Below, piece after piece: positions 50,901-59,438 of a stretch of DNA of 64,000 nt. The notes below the pieces were generated by a model. It had not been told where the DNA came from and did not search any database. It was given only the letters and a program-made list of their open reading frames with translations. Origin of the DNA: Candidatus Latescibacterota bacterium. Its GTDB lineage: Bacteria; Latescibacterota; UBA2968. Position numbers and translations under genes: made by a program. Numbering within the stretch: the first letter of the stretch is position 1; each line of letters begins with the position of its first letter. The stretch covers positions 3,936,001 to 4,000,000 of the forward strand of contig OZ242010.1 in assembly GCA_965204745.1 (NCBI GenBank), in the 5' to 3' direction.

Positions 50901-52398
50901 GCGCCGTGACGTTGGCGTTGATTACGCCCAATGTCTCGATGGTGGATGCACTGGAATTTGCGCCGAACAGCCCGACGTCGTCGGTGCCGGTTCTATTGAT
51001 GACCAGGTTGTCTATGGTGAAGCCGTTGCCTTTGAAATTGCCTGAGTACTGGTTGCCGGAGTCGTCGCCTAAAGGATCCCAGCCGTTGCCGCTGTTGTAG
51101 TATGCGTCGGCGGCGGTGTGGTTGCCGTCGCCGTTGGTGTCGAGGTCGACGTTTGCGGTGAGTTCGTAGCCGACGCAGGTGCCGGACGGGCAACCCATGC
51201 GCTTTGTGGTGGAGGTAACGCGGTTGGGGAATGCGGCGTTGTAGTTCGCGGTATCAGTAGCGGCTACGACCCCATCGCCGTTGAGGTCGTAGCGGACGGC
51301 GTTGAGCTGAGCGTGGCCGGAAATCTCAATGTAGCCGTCTTCGTCGGTGTCGTAGTCGGTGAGGTGGTATATGAGCGTGGGATATGCGTTTGTGGCGCCG
51401 AAGTCCCAGGGGTCGTCCTTGCCGGTTGTCCTGTCGCTGTCGCCGTCGGCGTTGTCTAGGTCGATGTTCCAGCCGTGGTAGGTATCGGAGGAGGTTGCGC
51501 CGTAGGTGGTTGGGCTCCGGAGTTGGGAGGTGGTTCTGCCCACCGCGGTTTGGCTGCCGGCGCTTGTTGTCTGCATGCTGGTTTGGGTGTTCCAGTAACT
51601 ACCGGGAGCGTCGTACGCGCCGCCGCTTCCTAACAACCCGCCAACGTTTATAGAAGTGCCGGTGCGGGTAATCCTGCCGGTGGAGTAGGAGTTCCTTATC
51701 GTGGCACTTTGGCTTTGTCCCATCAGTCCGCCGACGTGATCAGCTTGTGCTGCGGTTCCGGTGACGGATGCGTGGGAGTAGCTTGTGGTAATGGCGTTAG
51801 AGTTGTTAGACCAGCCGACCAGTCCGCCAACGACCCTTGTTGCCGTAACGCTGCCGGTGGACCAGCAGGCGACGACTTCGCCTTGCAGGGCACCGACCAG
51901 AGCGCCGGCGTGACTATTTCCGGTAACATTGGCGTTGGTAATGCCGACGGACTCGATGCGGGCGGCACTGCTGGTTCTGCCGAACAATCCCACGTTAGTG
52001 GTGGAGGTTCGGTTGATGGTCAGGTTGTCGATAGTGTGGCCGTTGCCCTTGAAGTCGCCTGTGAATTCGGTGGTGGCTGAGCCAAGGGGATTCCAGTTGG
52101 TGTAGGTGGTTAGGTTGATGTCGGCGGTGAGTTCGTAACCGACGCAGGTGGCGGCGCAACCCATGCCGGTGGCGGCGTTGGGGAATGCGGCGTTGTAGTT
52201 CGCGGTATCCGTAGCGGCTATGACCCCATCGCCGTTGAGGTCGTAGCGAATGGCGTTGAGCTGGGCGTGGCCGGACACCTCAATGTAGTTATCGTTGTCC
52301 GTGTCGTAGTCGGTTTGGGCAAAAGCCGGCCCCGAATGCACCAGCATGCCCAGCGCGACCAGGGCCAACAAGCGAGATCTGAAAAGGGCGGTAATCAC
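47971..52398 (-). CDS. Large secreted adhesin-like protein: 3 GLUG-type modules, 2 Calx-beta-like domains, duplicated C-terminal DxDxDG domain
   Basis: GTG start with AGGAGG RBS, signal peptide, DYD.D.D..IE.S..AQLNA.RYD x3, VGGLVG repeats, GTATSGTDY...GTLTF, LDVDGDG x2. Confidence 0.8.
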   Translation of the reverse strand: MITALFRSRLLALVALGMLVHSGPAFAQTDYDTDNDNYIEVSGHAQLNAIRYDLNGDGVIAATDTANYNAAFPNAATGMGCAATCVGYELTADINLTTYTNWNPLGSATTEFTGDFKGNGHTIDNLTINRTSTTNVGLFGRTSSAARIESVGITNANVTGNSHAGALVGALQGEVVACWSTGSVTATRVVGGLVGWSNNSNAITTSYSHASVTGTAAQADHVGGLMGQSQSATIRNSYSTGRITRTGTSINVGGLLGSGGAYDAPGSYWNTQTSMQTTSAGSQTAVGRTTSQLRSPTTYGATSSDTYHGWNIDLDNADGDSDRTTGKDDPWDFGATNAYPTLIYHLTDYDTDEDGYIEISGHAQLNAVRYDLNGDGVVAATDTANYNAAFPNRVTSTTKRMGCPSGTCVGYELTANVDLDTNGDGNHTAADAYYNSGNGWDPLGDDSGNQYSGNFKGNGFTIDNLVINRTGTDDVGLFGANSSASTIETLGVINANVTAREYVGILVGTSYGPIVACYTTGAVSGSRSDVGGLVGLMNASNASVSSSYSTASVGGAANNAGGLIGRAISSNITNSYSTGRVNASGNNIGGLIGLVSSATVTASYWDTTTSGRSNSAAGTGYATAALQAPTDYTAGSIYADWNANIDGQTGNDDPWYFGNSRQYPSLKYGGHDLSKQSAGDYDSDNDRLIEVSNLAQLNAMRYDRYGRGTPTSGGATTYNAAFLYRDTRSGSRMGCPSGTCTGYELIADLDFDSDGDGDVDANDHGGAYWNGGAGWTPIGGVGSTAAWRTTFRGNGHTINNLFINRPGVANQAMFVHLWSEGRIESLGVTNADITGGNRTSILVRNNNGNIIGCYVTGKVTGGNYVGGLVAFLERIIRSSYSHASVTGASRVGGLVGHVQHAGPRIYNSYSTGRVTGTSNVGGLVGYLHGSATLNNTVNSHWDTQTSGQPTSRGGTGKTTRELLSPTTYGATTSDTYYNWNNAGQGGAGADPWTFGTMLQYPALKYAGMDTTVQFQRQPVIVTATLTPSTISENGEMSTVTATLTRSRTEATTITVRPVTGAYTVGADSTITIAAGQTANASDTVVITAVDNTLDEADRNVDLSAQGQGIAVLSPVITITDDDPPPRLSISSPSAVEGTALTFTVRLNAVSGKAVTVAYADAGTGSATSGTDYTALTAGTLTFAAGTTTTSQTIAVSVTDDGDDEPNETVIVTLSSATNATISTAQGTGTIIDDDGMPALSIGSPSVIEGATGATLTFQVYLRPAHSTLQVTVAYADAGTGTATSGTDYTALTAGTLTFAMGDTIQTIAVSVTDDSDDEQNETVIVELSSATNATISTAQGTGTIIDDETPSANLDVDGDGRVRLFSDIILVIRYVLFFREEALLRGNVIEPTATRTTAQAIEPYLDTLVNQNILDVDGDGDVRLFSDIILIIRYVLFFRNEALVRGNVIEQNATRTTAQAIEPYIRSLYPDSHFQ

Positions 52399-53029
52399 CT
52401 GAAACCTCCTAAAATATAATGAGTTGCACAGGCATGGCTTTTGCCTGCGTGCAAAAAATAATGATGGTGGAGACAAGTTAAGGTACCACGTCGTTTCTTG
52501 TCAAGGAAATTTTGGACCTACCCCCTAGCCCCGTTACTCGCAGGAAGGGGGGAATGGCGATGGGTTTTCCGAGGGGAATGGCGATAGGTTTTGCGAGGTG
52601 GGACCTACCCCCTAGCCCCCTTCCTAAGAGGAAGGGGGAACTGTGAGTGGTTTTGCGAGGGGATTGATGAGGGATTTTTAATCGCTTTATGCCCTCGCAC
52701 AACGCCATCAGAGTAGCCATTGATATAAGCCATCAAAGGAACTTTACTCCCCTTTCCTTGCAGGAAAGGGGCCGGGGGATAGGTCCCAAAGCCATCAGAA
52801 CAGCCCTGGATACAAATCTTCAAGAAAGCCATGTGCTCCCCCTTTCCTCGTAGGCACAGGCGTAGCCTACAATGAGCGAAGCGAATAACGGGGGCCGGGG
52901 GGATAGAGCTATGGCGGCGGAATGAGCAGGACATAGCGGAGTGGGAACGATAAAGCGGCGGTAGGGCGGTGGGGCGGTCTCACCTCTTACTTCTCGCCTC
53001 TTACTTCTCGCCTCTTGTATGTTGTCAGA

Positions 53030-53245
53030 AAGGGTTAATTTAGGTGTTGCGCCCTCGCATCGAGACACGCCATCTTGATGCCCTGCTCGGGGAAGGCCGG
53101 CGCCTCTTGAAGGCTATGACCTTGTAAGTAAGATAGGCCCCCTGACCGCCGAGTTGATACCGAAGAGTATCTAAGTCCATCGAGGCTGCATATACAAGAC
53201 CGGTAGACTGGGCAAACAGTCGGGACGCGAACCCGAGCGCACACC
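53030..53245 (+). ncRNA. Putative IS110 bridge RNA (ends approximate)
   Basis: Target loop 53095-53139 with guides CGCCTCTT and AAGTAAGA; donor loop 53158-53205 with guides AGAGTATCT and ATACAAGA. Confidence 0.82.
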
Positions 53246-53281
53246 AGACCCCTTCCCCACCCCTCATCACAGGAGGCCCCG

Positions 53282-54289
53282 ATGTCGAACACTCAACCCG
53301 CTTTTGCCGGCATTGATGTCAGTGCCCACACGTTGTCCGTTGCCCTGTCCAGACCCGGACAAGGGGTCATGCAAGCCACCTTTGACAACGCGCCTCGGGC
53401 GCACAAGCACCTGTTGAAGTGGCTCACCAAGGGCGGGCGCATGGTCTCGGTCTGTCTCGAAGCGACCGGGCGTTATAGCTTGGGGGTGGCCTTGGCCTTG
53501 CATCAGCATCACCGCACGCAGGTCATGGTCGTCAATCCCAAAGCGATGAGCAAGTACGCTCACGCCTGCATGCAACGGGCAAAGACGGATGCGAAGGATG
53601 CGTTGTTGATCCTCGATTATGCCGAGCGCATGCCCTTTGTGCCTTGGCAAGTGCCGAGCGAGCACGTCCTGCAACTGCAAACGCTGACCAGACGCATTGA
53701 CCAACTCAAACAGGAGGTCAGCCGAGAACAGAACCGGCACCACGCGCAGGACTACCCCGTCAAGCGTGCCCGCCTCATCACACGCGATATTCAGGTGAAT
53801 ATTCGACACCTCAAACGCCGCATTGCCTACTTGGAAGACCAAGCCCTCAAACTCGTTTTGCAGGACGAGCCCCAAAAGCGTGCCTACCAGCACCTCTGCT
53901 CGGTGCCCGGTATCGCCCAAACGAGTGCCTTGCGGCTCTTGGCCGAGCTGGCCTCCTTGCCAGACGGGATGGAACCGCCCCAATGGGTCGCTCATGCAGG
54001 CCTGGATCCCAAACCCAAACAATCCGGGACTGCCAATCCACAAAGACGCATCTCGAAAACCGGGAATAAGTACCTCCGTCATGCCCTCTATATGCCTGCC
54101 TGGGTGGCCAGCAGACACGAAGTCCATGTCAAAGCCTTCTATGACCAACTCATTGCCCGCGGCAAGAAACCTTTGCAGGCTATCGTTGCGGTGATGCGAA
54201 AATTGCTCCATGCGATCTGGGGCATGTTGCGGCATGACCAAGATTTTGAGGGCGAGAAATTCTATCGAATCGCCCCGCAATCCCCTTGA
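53282..54289 (+). CDS. IS110-family DEDD recombinase/transposase
   Basis: GIDVS, LEATG, KTDAKDA, SVPGI, AGLDP...QSG, ISKTGN..LR..LY and AVMRKLL motifs; AGGAGG RBS. Confidence 0.95.
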   Translation: MSNTQPAFAGIDVSAHTLSVALSRPGQGVMQATFDNAPRAHKHLLKWLTKGGRMVSVCLEATGRYSLGVALALHQHHRTQVMVVNPKAMSKYAHACMQRAKTDAKDALLILDYAERMPFVPWQVPSEHVLQLQTLTRRIDQLKQEVSREQNRHHAQDYPVKRARLITRDIQVNIRHLKRRIAYLEDQALKLVLQDEPQKRAYQHLCSVPGIAQTSALRLLAELASLPDGMEPPQWVAHAGLDPKPKQSGTANPQRRISKTGNKYLRHALYMPAWVASRHEVHVKAFYDQLIARGKKPLQAIVAVMRKLLHAIWGMLRHDQDFEGEKFYRIAPQSP

Positions 54290-54411
54290 CCTTTAAGAGA
54301 GTATCTTACTTCTCGCCTCTTACTTGGGGATAGGTCTTGCGGTGGGGCGGCGAGGATGGGCACGCACGGGCGGATGGGTGGCGCGGTGAGGCCGCACGGG
54401 TGGTTGAGCGG

Positions 54412-54473
54412 CCATGTCTTTGGATGATGGGTTGCGGCTTGCTTCTTACTCGCTTTCTACTCTTAATTCGCAT
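54412..54473 (+). mobile_element. Isolated IS982 right-end fragment
   Basis: Reverse complement matches 15367-15428. Confidence 0.78.
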
Positions 54474-54501
54474 TGACAGGTGGTTGTCAGGCGGGTATAA
54501 T
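54473..54501 (+). promoter_or_regulatory. Consensus sigma70 promoter at the IS982 end junction
   Basis: TTGACA(54473-78)-N17-TATAAT(54496-501). Confidence 0.7.
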
Positions 54502-54634
54502 CGAATTGAATTGCGAAAGATTCGGGACCTCGCGGAATTTTATGACCTGTTTATCGACCTTGCAATTCAGCATTACCAGCGGGTCAGTCGCGACGCCATG
54601 AATCGAATCGCAGCACTAAAAGCGTTTCAAAAAA

Positions 54635-54859
54635 ATGGGTACAAATAATTCGCACGCCGTTGAGGTCGGGCAGGTTTTTACGCCGCTTGCGTGGGCAAAA
54701 TGGCTCATCTATCGGTGGGGCATTTTCGACGCGTGGATCGATAGGGCCGCTGTCTGCGGGAATGGAAAATGCAACTGGGCGCAACCGGGTAAGATCAAAC
54801 AGATCCTCGCCCTGGGAAAGCCCGCATGCGATCAACCCCAACTCCCGCTACTCCAGTGA
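54635..54859 (+). pseudogene. Internally deleted DNA methyltransferase-like remnant
   Basis: GQVFTP motif typical of amino-MTase N-termini; only 74 aa. Confidence 0.4.
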
Positions 54860-54889
54860 ACAAAATGAAAGGCATGCCGCACCACAAGA

Positions 54890-56173
54890 ATGGGAAAATT
54901 TGTCACAGCCTTTCGAGGCACCCTCGCGCCTTTGGGCAACAGGGGTTTTCGCAACCTGCTGATGAGCAACGCGCTTTGGTGGCAGGCCATGTGGATGGAA
55001 ATGATCGTCACAGGGTGGCTCGTCTTCGAGATGACCCACTCGGCGTTTGACGTGGCACTCATCGGATTTTACCGCTCCATCCCTTTGTTGCTCACCGGAT
55101 TCATCGCCGGGCCATTGACCAATCGCGTGGGTCGCGTGCGCGTCGTGATTGTCTCGCAGGGGATCGGCGTCCTCGTCACCGCAGCCATCGGCATTTTGCT
55201 TTGGACCGACCGCTTGGCATTCTGGCACCTTGCGATAGGCGCAGGCATGTTCGGCTTGTCTTGGTCCCTCAACTGGACCGCACGCCGCGCCCTCGTCCCG
55301 GACTTGGTCGGCAAAGCGCGCACGGTCGAAGCGATGATGCTCGAAAGCTTCACGCAAAACATCGCCCGCGTGATCGGCCCGATTTCCAGCGGCTCCCTCT
55401 ACGCACAGTTGGGCGTCAAAGCCTGTTATCTCGCGATTTTTGGCGTCTCGTTCATCTCCTTCCTGTGCATGTTGCGCGTCAACTCGCCCCATCGCCCCGC
55501 GCTTCTCAACACCTCGCAGTGGGCCTTGATGCGCGAGGGCCTAAAATACATGCGGACCAGCCAGCCCATTATGGGCACGTTGCTCATCACGGTCATCATG
55601 AATTTTTTGGCCTTCCCCTACCAGACCATCTTGCCGGTTTTCACGCACGACATCCTCGGCAAAGGCCCTTACGAATACGGCGTATTGGGCGCGTGCAATG
55701 GCATAGGGGCGTTTTTTGGGCTTTACGCCATCAATGTCTTGCGCGCCCGCCTCAGCCGCGGCTGGATCTTTTCTATCGGGTCTCTCTTCCAGTCCCTCGC
55801 GCTGTTCGCCTTTGCCTTTGGCACCTCGTGGATGGCCGCGCAGACCCTGTTCGGAACGCCGGTTGCCCTGGCCTATCCGCTCGCCATTTTCCTCCTCGTG
55901 CTCTCCGGTTTGGGCCAGGCCTTTTTCAGCGTGATGCAAAGCGCCATTATCCTGACCGCTACCCGCGATGACATGAGAGACCGCGCCATGGGATCCCTCA
56001 TCCTCGCCATTGGCGCAGGCCCGCTCGGCCGCTTGCAAATCGGCAAACTCACCGAAGTCTATGGCGCGCCCATGGCCCTCGGCTTGCACACCAGCGTCGC
56101 CGTGATCACCATCGCCACGGTCACGGCCCTTCTGCCCGGGTTTCGCACGCGCATGGCCGAGGAACGAGCATGA
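54890..56173 (+). CDS. MFS transporter
   Basis: About 12 TM helices, G.L..R.GR motif A variant. Confidence 0.85.
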   Translation: MGKFVTAFRGTLAPLGNRGFRNLLMSNALWWQAMWMEMIVTGWLVFEMTHSAFDVALIGFYRSIPLLLTGFIAGPLTNRVGRVRVVIVSQGIGVLVTAAIGILLWTDRLAFWHLAIGAGMFGLSWSLNWTARRALVPDLVGKARTVEAMMLESFTQNIARVIGPISSGSLYAQLGVKACYLAIFGVSFISFLCMLRVNSPHRPALLNTSQWALMREGLKYMRTSQPIMGTLLITVIMNFLAFPYQTILPVFTHDILGKGPYEYGVLGACNGIGAFFGLYAINVLRARLSRGWIFSIGSLFQSLALFAFAFGTSWMAAQTLFGTPVALAYPLAIFLLVLSGLGQAFFSVMQSAIILTATRDDMRDRAMGSLILAIGAGPLGRLQIGKLTEVYGAPMALGLHTSVAVITIATVTALLPGFRTRMAEERA

Positions 56174-56223
56174 AAAAAGCCCCGCAGATCATTCTGCAAG
56201 GCTTTCGCAAACTATCGGGAAAC

Positions 56224-56673
56224 TCACGCGCTTTCCCCGAGTGCCTCCAAGTCGGCCAGATCTTTTTGTCGGCCGGTCAGGCGTTTGTTTTTTGCCAACT
56301 GAGCGCGCCCAATAAAAAAAACCGGAATGCCGCCATATTTTCCCGTTTCCCGGTTGTCTGCTACTTCTCGCCATGAAACGCCCGTAATCGACGTGATCAG
56401 ATCGACGCGCACGGGTGGATATCCGAGTTGAATGACTCGATCGGGCACGACAAAGTCCGTTGTGGTCAAGGCCAAATTGCCGAAGCCAAATTCAGACAGC
56501 GCGTCTAAAATTCGACGTGCATTTTCGGCTTCTGGCCGAATAAAAATGTCCAAATCCCCGGTGTATCGCGGCACGCCGTAAAATGAAAGTGCGTAAGCCC
56601 CCACAATCGCGTATTCGACATTATGCGCGTTGAACAACGCGAGCAACTCTTTGAAGTCTCGCTGTGCTTCCAT
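56224..56673 (-). CDS. Nucleotidyltransferase-family protein
   Basis: VGAYA...G.PRYTGDLD and GRQKDLADL motifs. Confidence 0.75.
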   Translation of the reverse strand: MEAQRDFKELLALFNAHNVEYAIVGAYALSFYGVPRYTGDLDIFIRPEAENARRILDALSEFGFGNLALTTTDFVVPDRVIQLGYPPVRVDLITSITGVSWREVADNRETGKYGGIPVFFIGRAQLAKNKRLTGRQKDLADLEALGESA

Positions 56674-56803
56674 GATGTTGTCGCCTGAGATGATCCACGG
56701 CCAAAACCCGCTCTTCCGCGGGCCGACTCAGCCAATAGGCCAGATCTTCTTTCGCCTGATCATGCGTTGTCATATTTCGCTTGTGAACGATTTTTTGTAT
56801 CAT
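56621..56803 (-). CDS. Small partner protein upstream of the nucleotidyltransferase (possible toxin-antitoxin pair)
   Basis: GGAG RBS, DLAYWLSRPAEER motif, overlaps the downstream gene. Confidence 0.6.
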   Translation of the reverse strand: MIQKIVHKRNMTTHDQAKEDLAYWLSRPAEERVLAVDHLRRQHHGSTARLQRVARVVQRA

Positions 56804-57002
56804 CGCTTTCTCCAAAAATTGCGTTTGGATTTGCAATGGGAACAAGGTAGGGAACTGTATAAACCATGTCAACGCGCTCGTGTTTGCAGTGCAAATTTTC
56901 TCGGGAGGGTTCGCTATGCAGGCAGAAGAGCATCCCATCTATCGTGAATTTGACGGAGCGAAAAGTCGCGCGATTGAAGCGGCGATAGGGATGTGGGTGG
57001 AT

Positions 57003-57128
57003 CTTGCCTCTTCCTTCTTGCCTCTTCCTTCTTGCCTCTTCCTTCTTGCCTCTTCCTTCTTGCCTCTTCCTTCTTGCCTCTTCCTTCTTGCCTCTTCCTT
57101 CTTGCCTCTTCCTTCTTGCCTCTTCCTT
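57003..57128 (+). repeat. (CTTGCCT/CTTCCTT)n heptamer array, about 18 units
   Basis: Read directly. Confidence 0.9.
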
Positions 57129-57189
57129 GGGGATAGGGCTTGCGGTAGGGCGGTTGGGCACGCAGCTATCCCGCTCAAACGGTCAGTTC

Positions 57190-58566
57190 TCAGGGATCAG
57201 TACAGGCATTGCCTCGTGTGGACGGGCGACGCAGGCGGCCCAATTGAAACCGCCGGGGATCGCCGAGGCGGTTGGCGAGGGCTTCGGGCGTCCAGTTGGT
57301 GTGTGCGAGGACCCAGTCGATTTCGCTGGCGAGGGGGCTGTCGAAAATGCCGGGGTCGTCTGCGCCGATAGCGAGGTTGACGTCTGATTTGAGAAAGGTG
57401 TGGATGGGGTGATGCGCGGGATCGGGTACGCCGCCGATGCGGAGGTTGGACGTGGGGCACGTTTCGATGACCGTGCCCAAGCGCGCGAGGCGGTTCAAGA
57501 CGAATTGTTGCCGGTTGCGGATTTCCGCGAGGCGTTGGGGCGTGTAGGGGCGTGCGACGATGTCGTCGGACGCGCGCTGTTTGAGGGATTGGCGTTCTGC
57601 CCGAAGCGCGGGGGCGTTCACTTGAAGACCATAAGCCGAGAGCGCGGGGGCATAGTTGAGGTCGTACGCGATTTGGTCGAGGCGTTCGCCAACCCGTTCT
57701 TTGACGTGTGCGTCGGCGCGGCGGGCTATGGCGATTTCCGGATCCAAGCCGAGGGCGATGGCATGGCCCAAGCGGCGCACGCCCATTTCAGCGGCTTCAT
57801 GGCACCAGCGAATCGCGCTTTCAAGGGATTTGTCAAAGTAGCTTTCGCCGACGTGATAGGTGATTTCAAGGGCGCGATGGGGGCGTTGCAGGTTGTCGTT
57901 GCGTATCCGTTTGAAAAGTGCGCGGTTGCGTTTGGGGGGATGGCCTTCTTCTATATGGGCGAAGTCGATGCCGACAATGGTGGGGATGAGTTCGGGATTT
58001 TCGTCCAAGAGGGCTTGCACCCATTCGTAGTCTTGCATCGCGGCCCAGCGGCGCAGGCTGATGATGTAGCGCGCAGTCGTGTCGCGTTGCGATGCGCGGG
58101 CGAGGAGTTGGGCATATACGCGGTGAAAGTGGAGGAATGCTTCGCGCGTTTCATCACTGCAACCACAGCGGTATTCGACAAAGGTAATGCCCTCTTTTTC
58201 GTGCCGGTCAATTGTGCGCTGGAGGGCGTTTTTCAGGAGTTCCCTTCTTTTTGGCGGATGTCGCAAGAGGCCGATGATGAGGTTGAATTTGGCTTGGAAC
58301 CGCCCGAAGTCGCCCCCGTCTTTTTGCGCGTAGATGTAGTGTTCCCGAAATTTGTCCAATCCCGCGCTCGGGTCGGACAGGGCATTGCGAAAGAGCGCGA
58401 TGGGATCCGGGCGCGTGCCATAAGCGCGTTCATAAGCATCTGTAAAAATCCGCCAGTCCACTTCTCCGTAAAAATCCTCGCCGAGCGCGAGGATATCTTC
58501 CGCGGTCAAGCATCCAGCGGGGTGAACGTGCAGTTCGCATGTTTTGGAGAAATCAAGGCGAGACAT
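57190..58566 (-). CDS. Adenosine deaminase-family protein
   Basis: ELHVH, YHVGE, RLGHA, CPTSN and ADDP motifs. Confidence 0.8.
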   Translation of the reverse strand: MSRLDFSKTCELHVHPAGCLTAEDILALGEDFYGEVDWRIFTDAYERAYGTRPDPIALFRNALSDPSAGLDKFREHYIYAQKDGGDFGRFQAKFNLIIGLLRHPPKRRELLKNALQRTIDRHEKEGITFVEYRCGCSDETREAFLHFHRVYAQLLARASQRDTTARYIISLRRWAAMQDYEWVQALLDENPELIPTIVGIDFAHIEEGHPPKRNRALFKRIRNDNLQRPHRALEITYHVGESYFDKSLESAIRWCHEAAEMGVRRLGHAIALGLDPEIAIARRADAHVKERVGERLDQIAYDLNYAPALSAYGLQVNAPALRAERQSLKQRASDDIVARPYTPQRLAEIRNRQQFVLNRLARLGTVIETCPTSNLRIGGVPDPAHHPIHTFLKSDVNLAIGADDPGIFDSPLASEIDWVLAHTNWTPEALANRLGDPRRFQLGRLRRPSTRGNACTDP

Positions 58567-58746
58567 GACGGCGTTCCTCTAGTTGTCGCGTGACGGGTAA
58601 TCGCGTTGCAAAGGTAATGGAATTTGCGGATTGAAACAAGAATCCATTTTTTTTATCCGTTTCATCTTTGGCTTCATTCACCGCTTGACGCATCTCGGCA
58701 TTTGTGATATTTTTTGGGCGAGACAACCACACACATGGAGGCTTAT

Positions 58747-58974
58747 ATGACCCCGCAATTATTGATTTTTCTCGGTGCGATGATTTATCTGAGTTGGGTA
58801 CTCTTCCGGTATTGGAAACGGCGCAACCGCAAAGACAATGATGCCCCGTTTATAGAAGTGGTCAAAGGCGACCCCAAGGTGTATAGATGGCGGGAAAAAA
58901 AGAAACGAGAGGCCCAGGAGGACCGTGAATGGCGCAAGCGCGTGCAAGATGAGATCGAAGATTTGACAAAATAA
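58747..58974 (+). CDS. Small membrane-anchored protein
   Basis: GGAGG RBS, N-terminal TM; TTGACG-N17-TATTTT upstream at 58685. Confidence 0.5.
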   Translation: MTPQLLIFLGAMIYLSWVLFRYWKRRNRKDNDAPFIEVVKGDPKVYRWREKKKREAQEDREWRKRVQDEIEDLTK

Positions 58975-59004
58975 TCCGTGTTGCAATGACCGCAGGATAT
59001 CGAC

Positions 59005-59190
59005 ATGGCGATTCAAACACTCGCGCAAGCGCAGGCCGATCTACAGGAACGCCAGACGCGGTGGGAAGAAACCGATAAACGGATATTAGGTCGTGTTGAC
59101 ATTTACGAGCCCTGCAACTGGCTTGAACGGTTTATCGAAAAAATCAAACCCTATCGCAGAATATGCTCTCGGTTTGAGAAACTTGTAACA
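59005..59190 (+). pseudogene. 5' fragment of a coiled-coil paralog joined to an IS5-family remnant
   Basis: ERQTR.EETDKRIL shared with the 22862 and 23286 genes; TAGGTCGTGTTGACATTT IR-like sequence, then ERFIEKIK.YRRICSRFEKL. Confidence 0.55.
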
Positions 59191-59438
59191 GTCGCTCCTT
59201 ATCAGGACCTACCCTCTACCCCCGTTACTCGCTTCGCTTCGTTGTAGGCTACGCCTGTGCCTGCGAGGAAGAGGGGAGAGGCAAGAGGTAAGACGTAAGA
59301 GGGGAGAGGGGTGGCCTTCTCACGTCTTGCCTCTGCCTTCTCACTTTTTTGGAGAGGGGTGGCCTTCTCACGTCTTGCCTCTCACCTTTCACCTTTTTGG
59401 GCGGTGCCCCGGTGCCTGCCCGAATACAGGAGTCAGCC

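Larger units (their letters stand above)
53016..54306 (+). mobile_element. Complete IS110-family element
   Basis: CT core (within a shared TCTT) at 53014-53015 and 54305-54306, no terminal IRs, long non-coding left end. Confidence 0.92.
52979..54325 (+). repeat. 14-bp (CTCGCCT-CTTACTT) array, about 4 units, split by IS110
   Basis: Units at 52979-53015 continue in register at 54307-54325. Confidence 0.88.

Noticed and set aside
53267-54280. 337-aa ORF antisense to the IS110 transposase, and similar long antisense ORFs over sucD, sucA and lpdA
   Set aside because: Shadow frames of real genes with no motifs.
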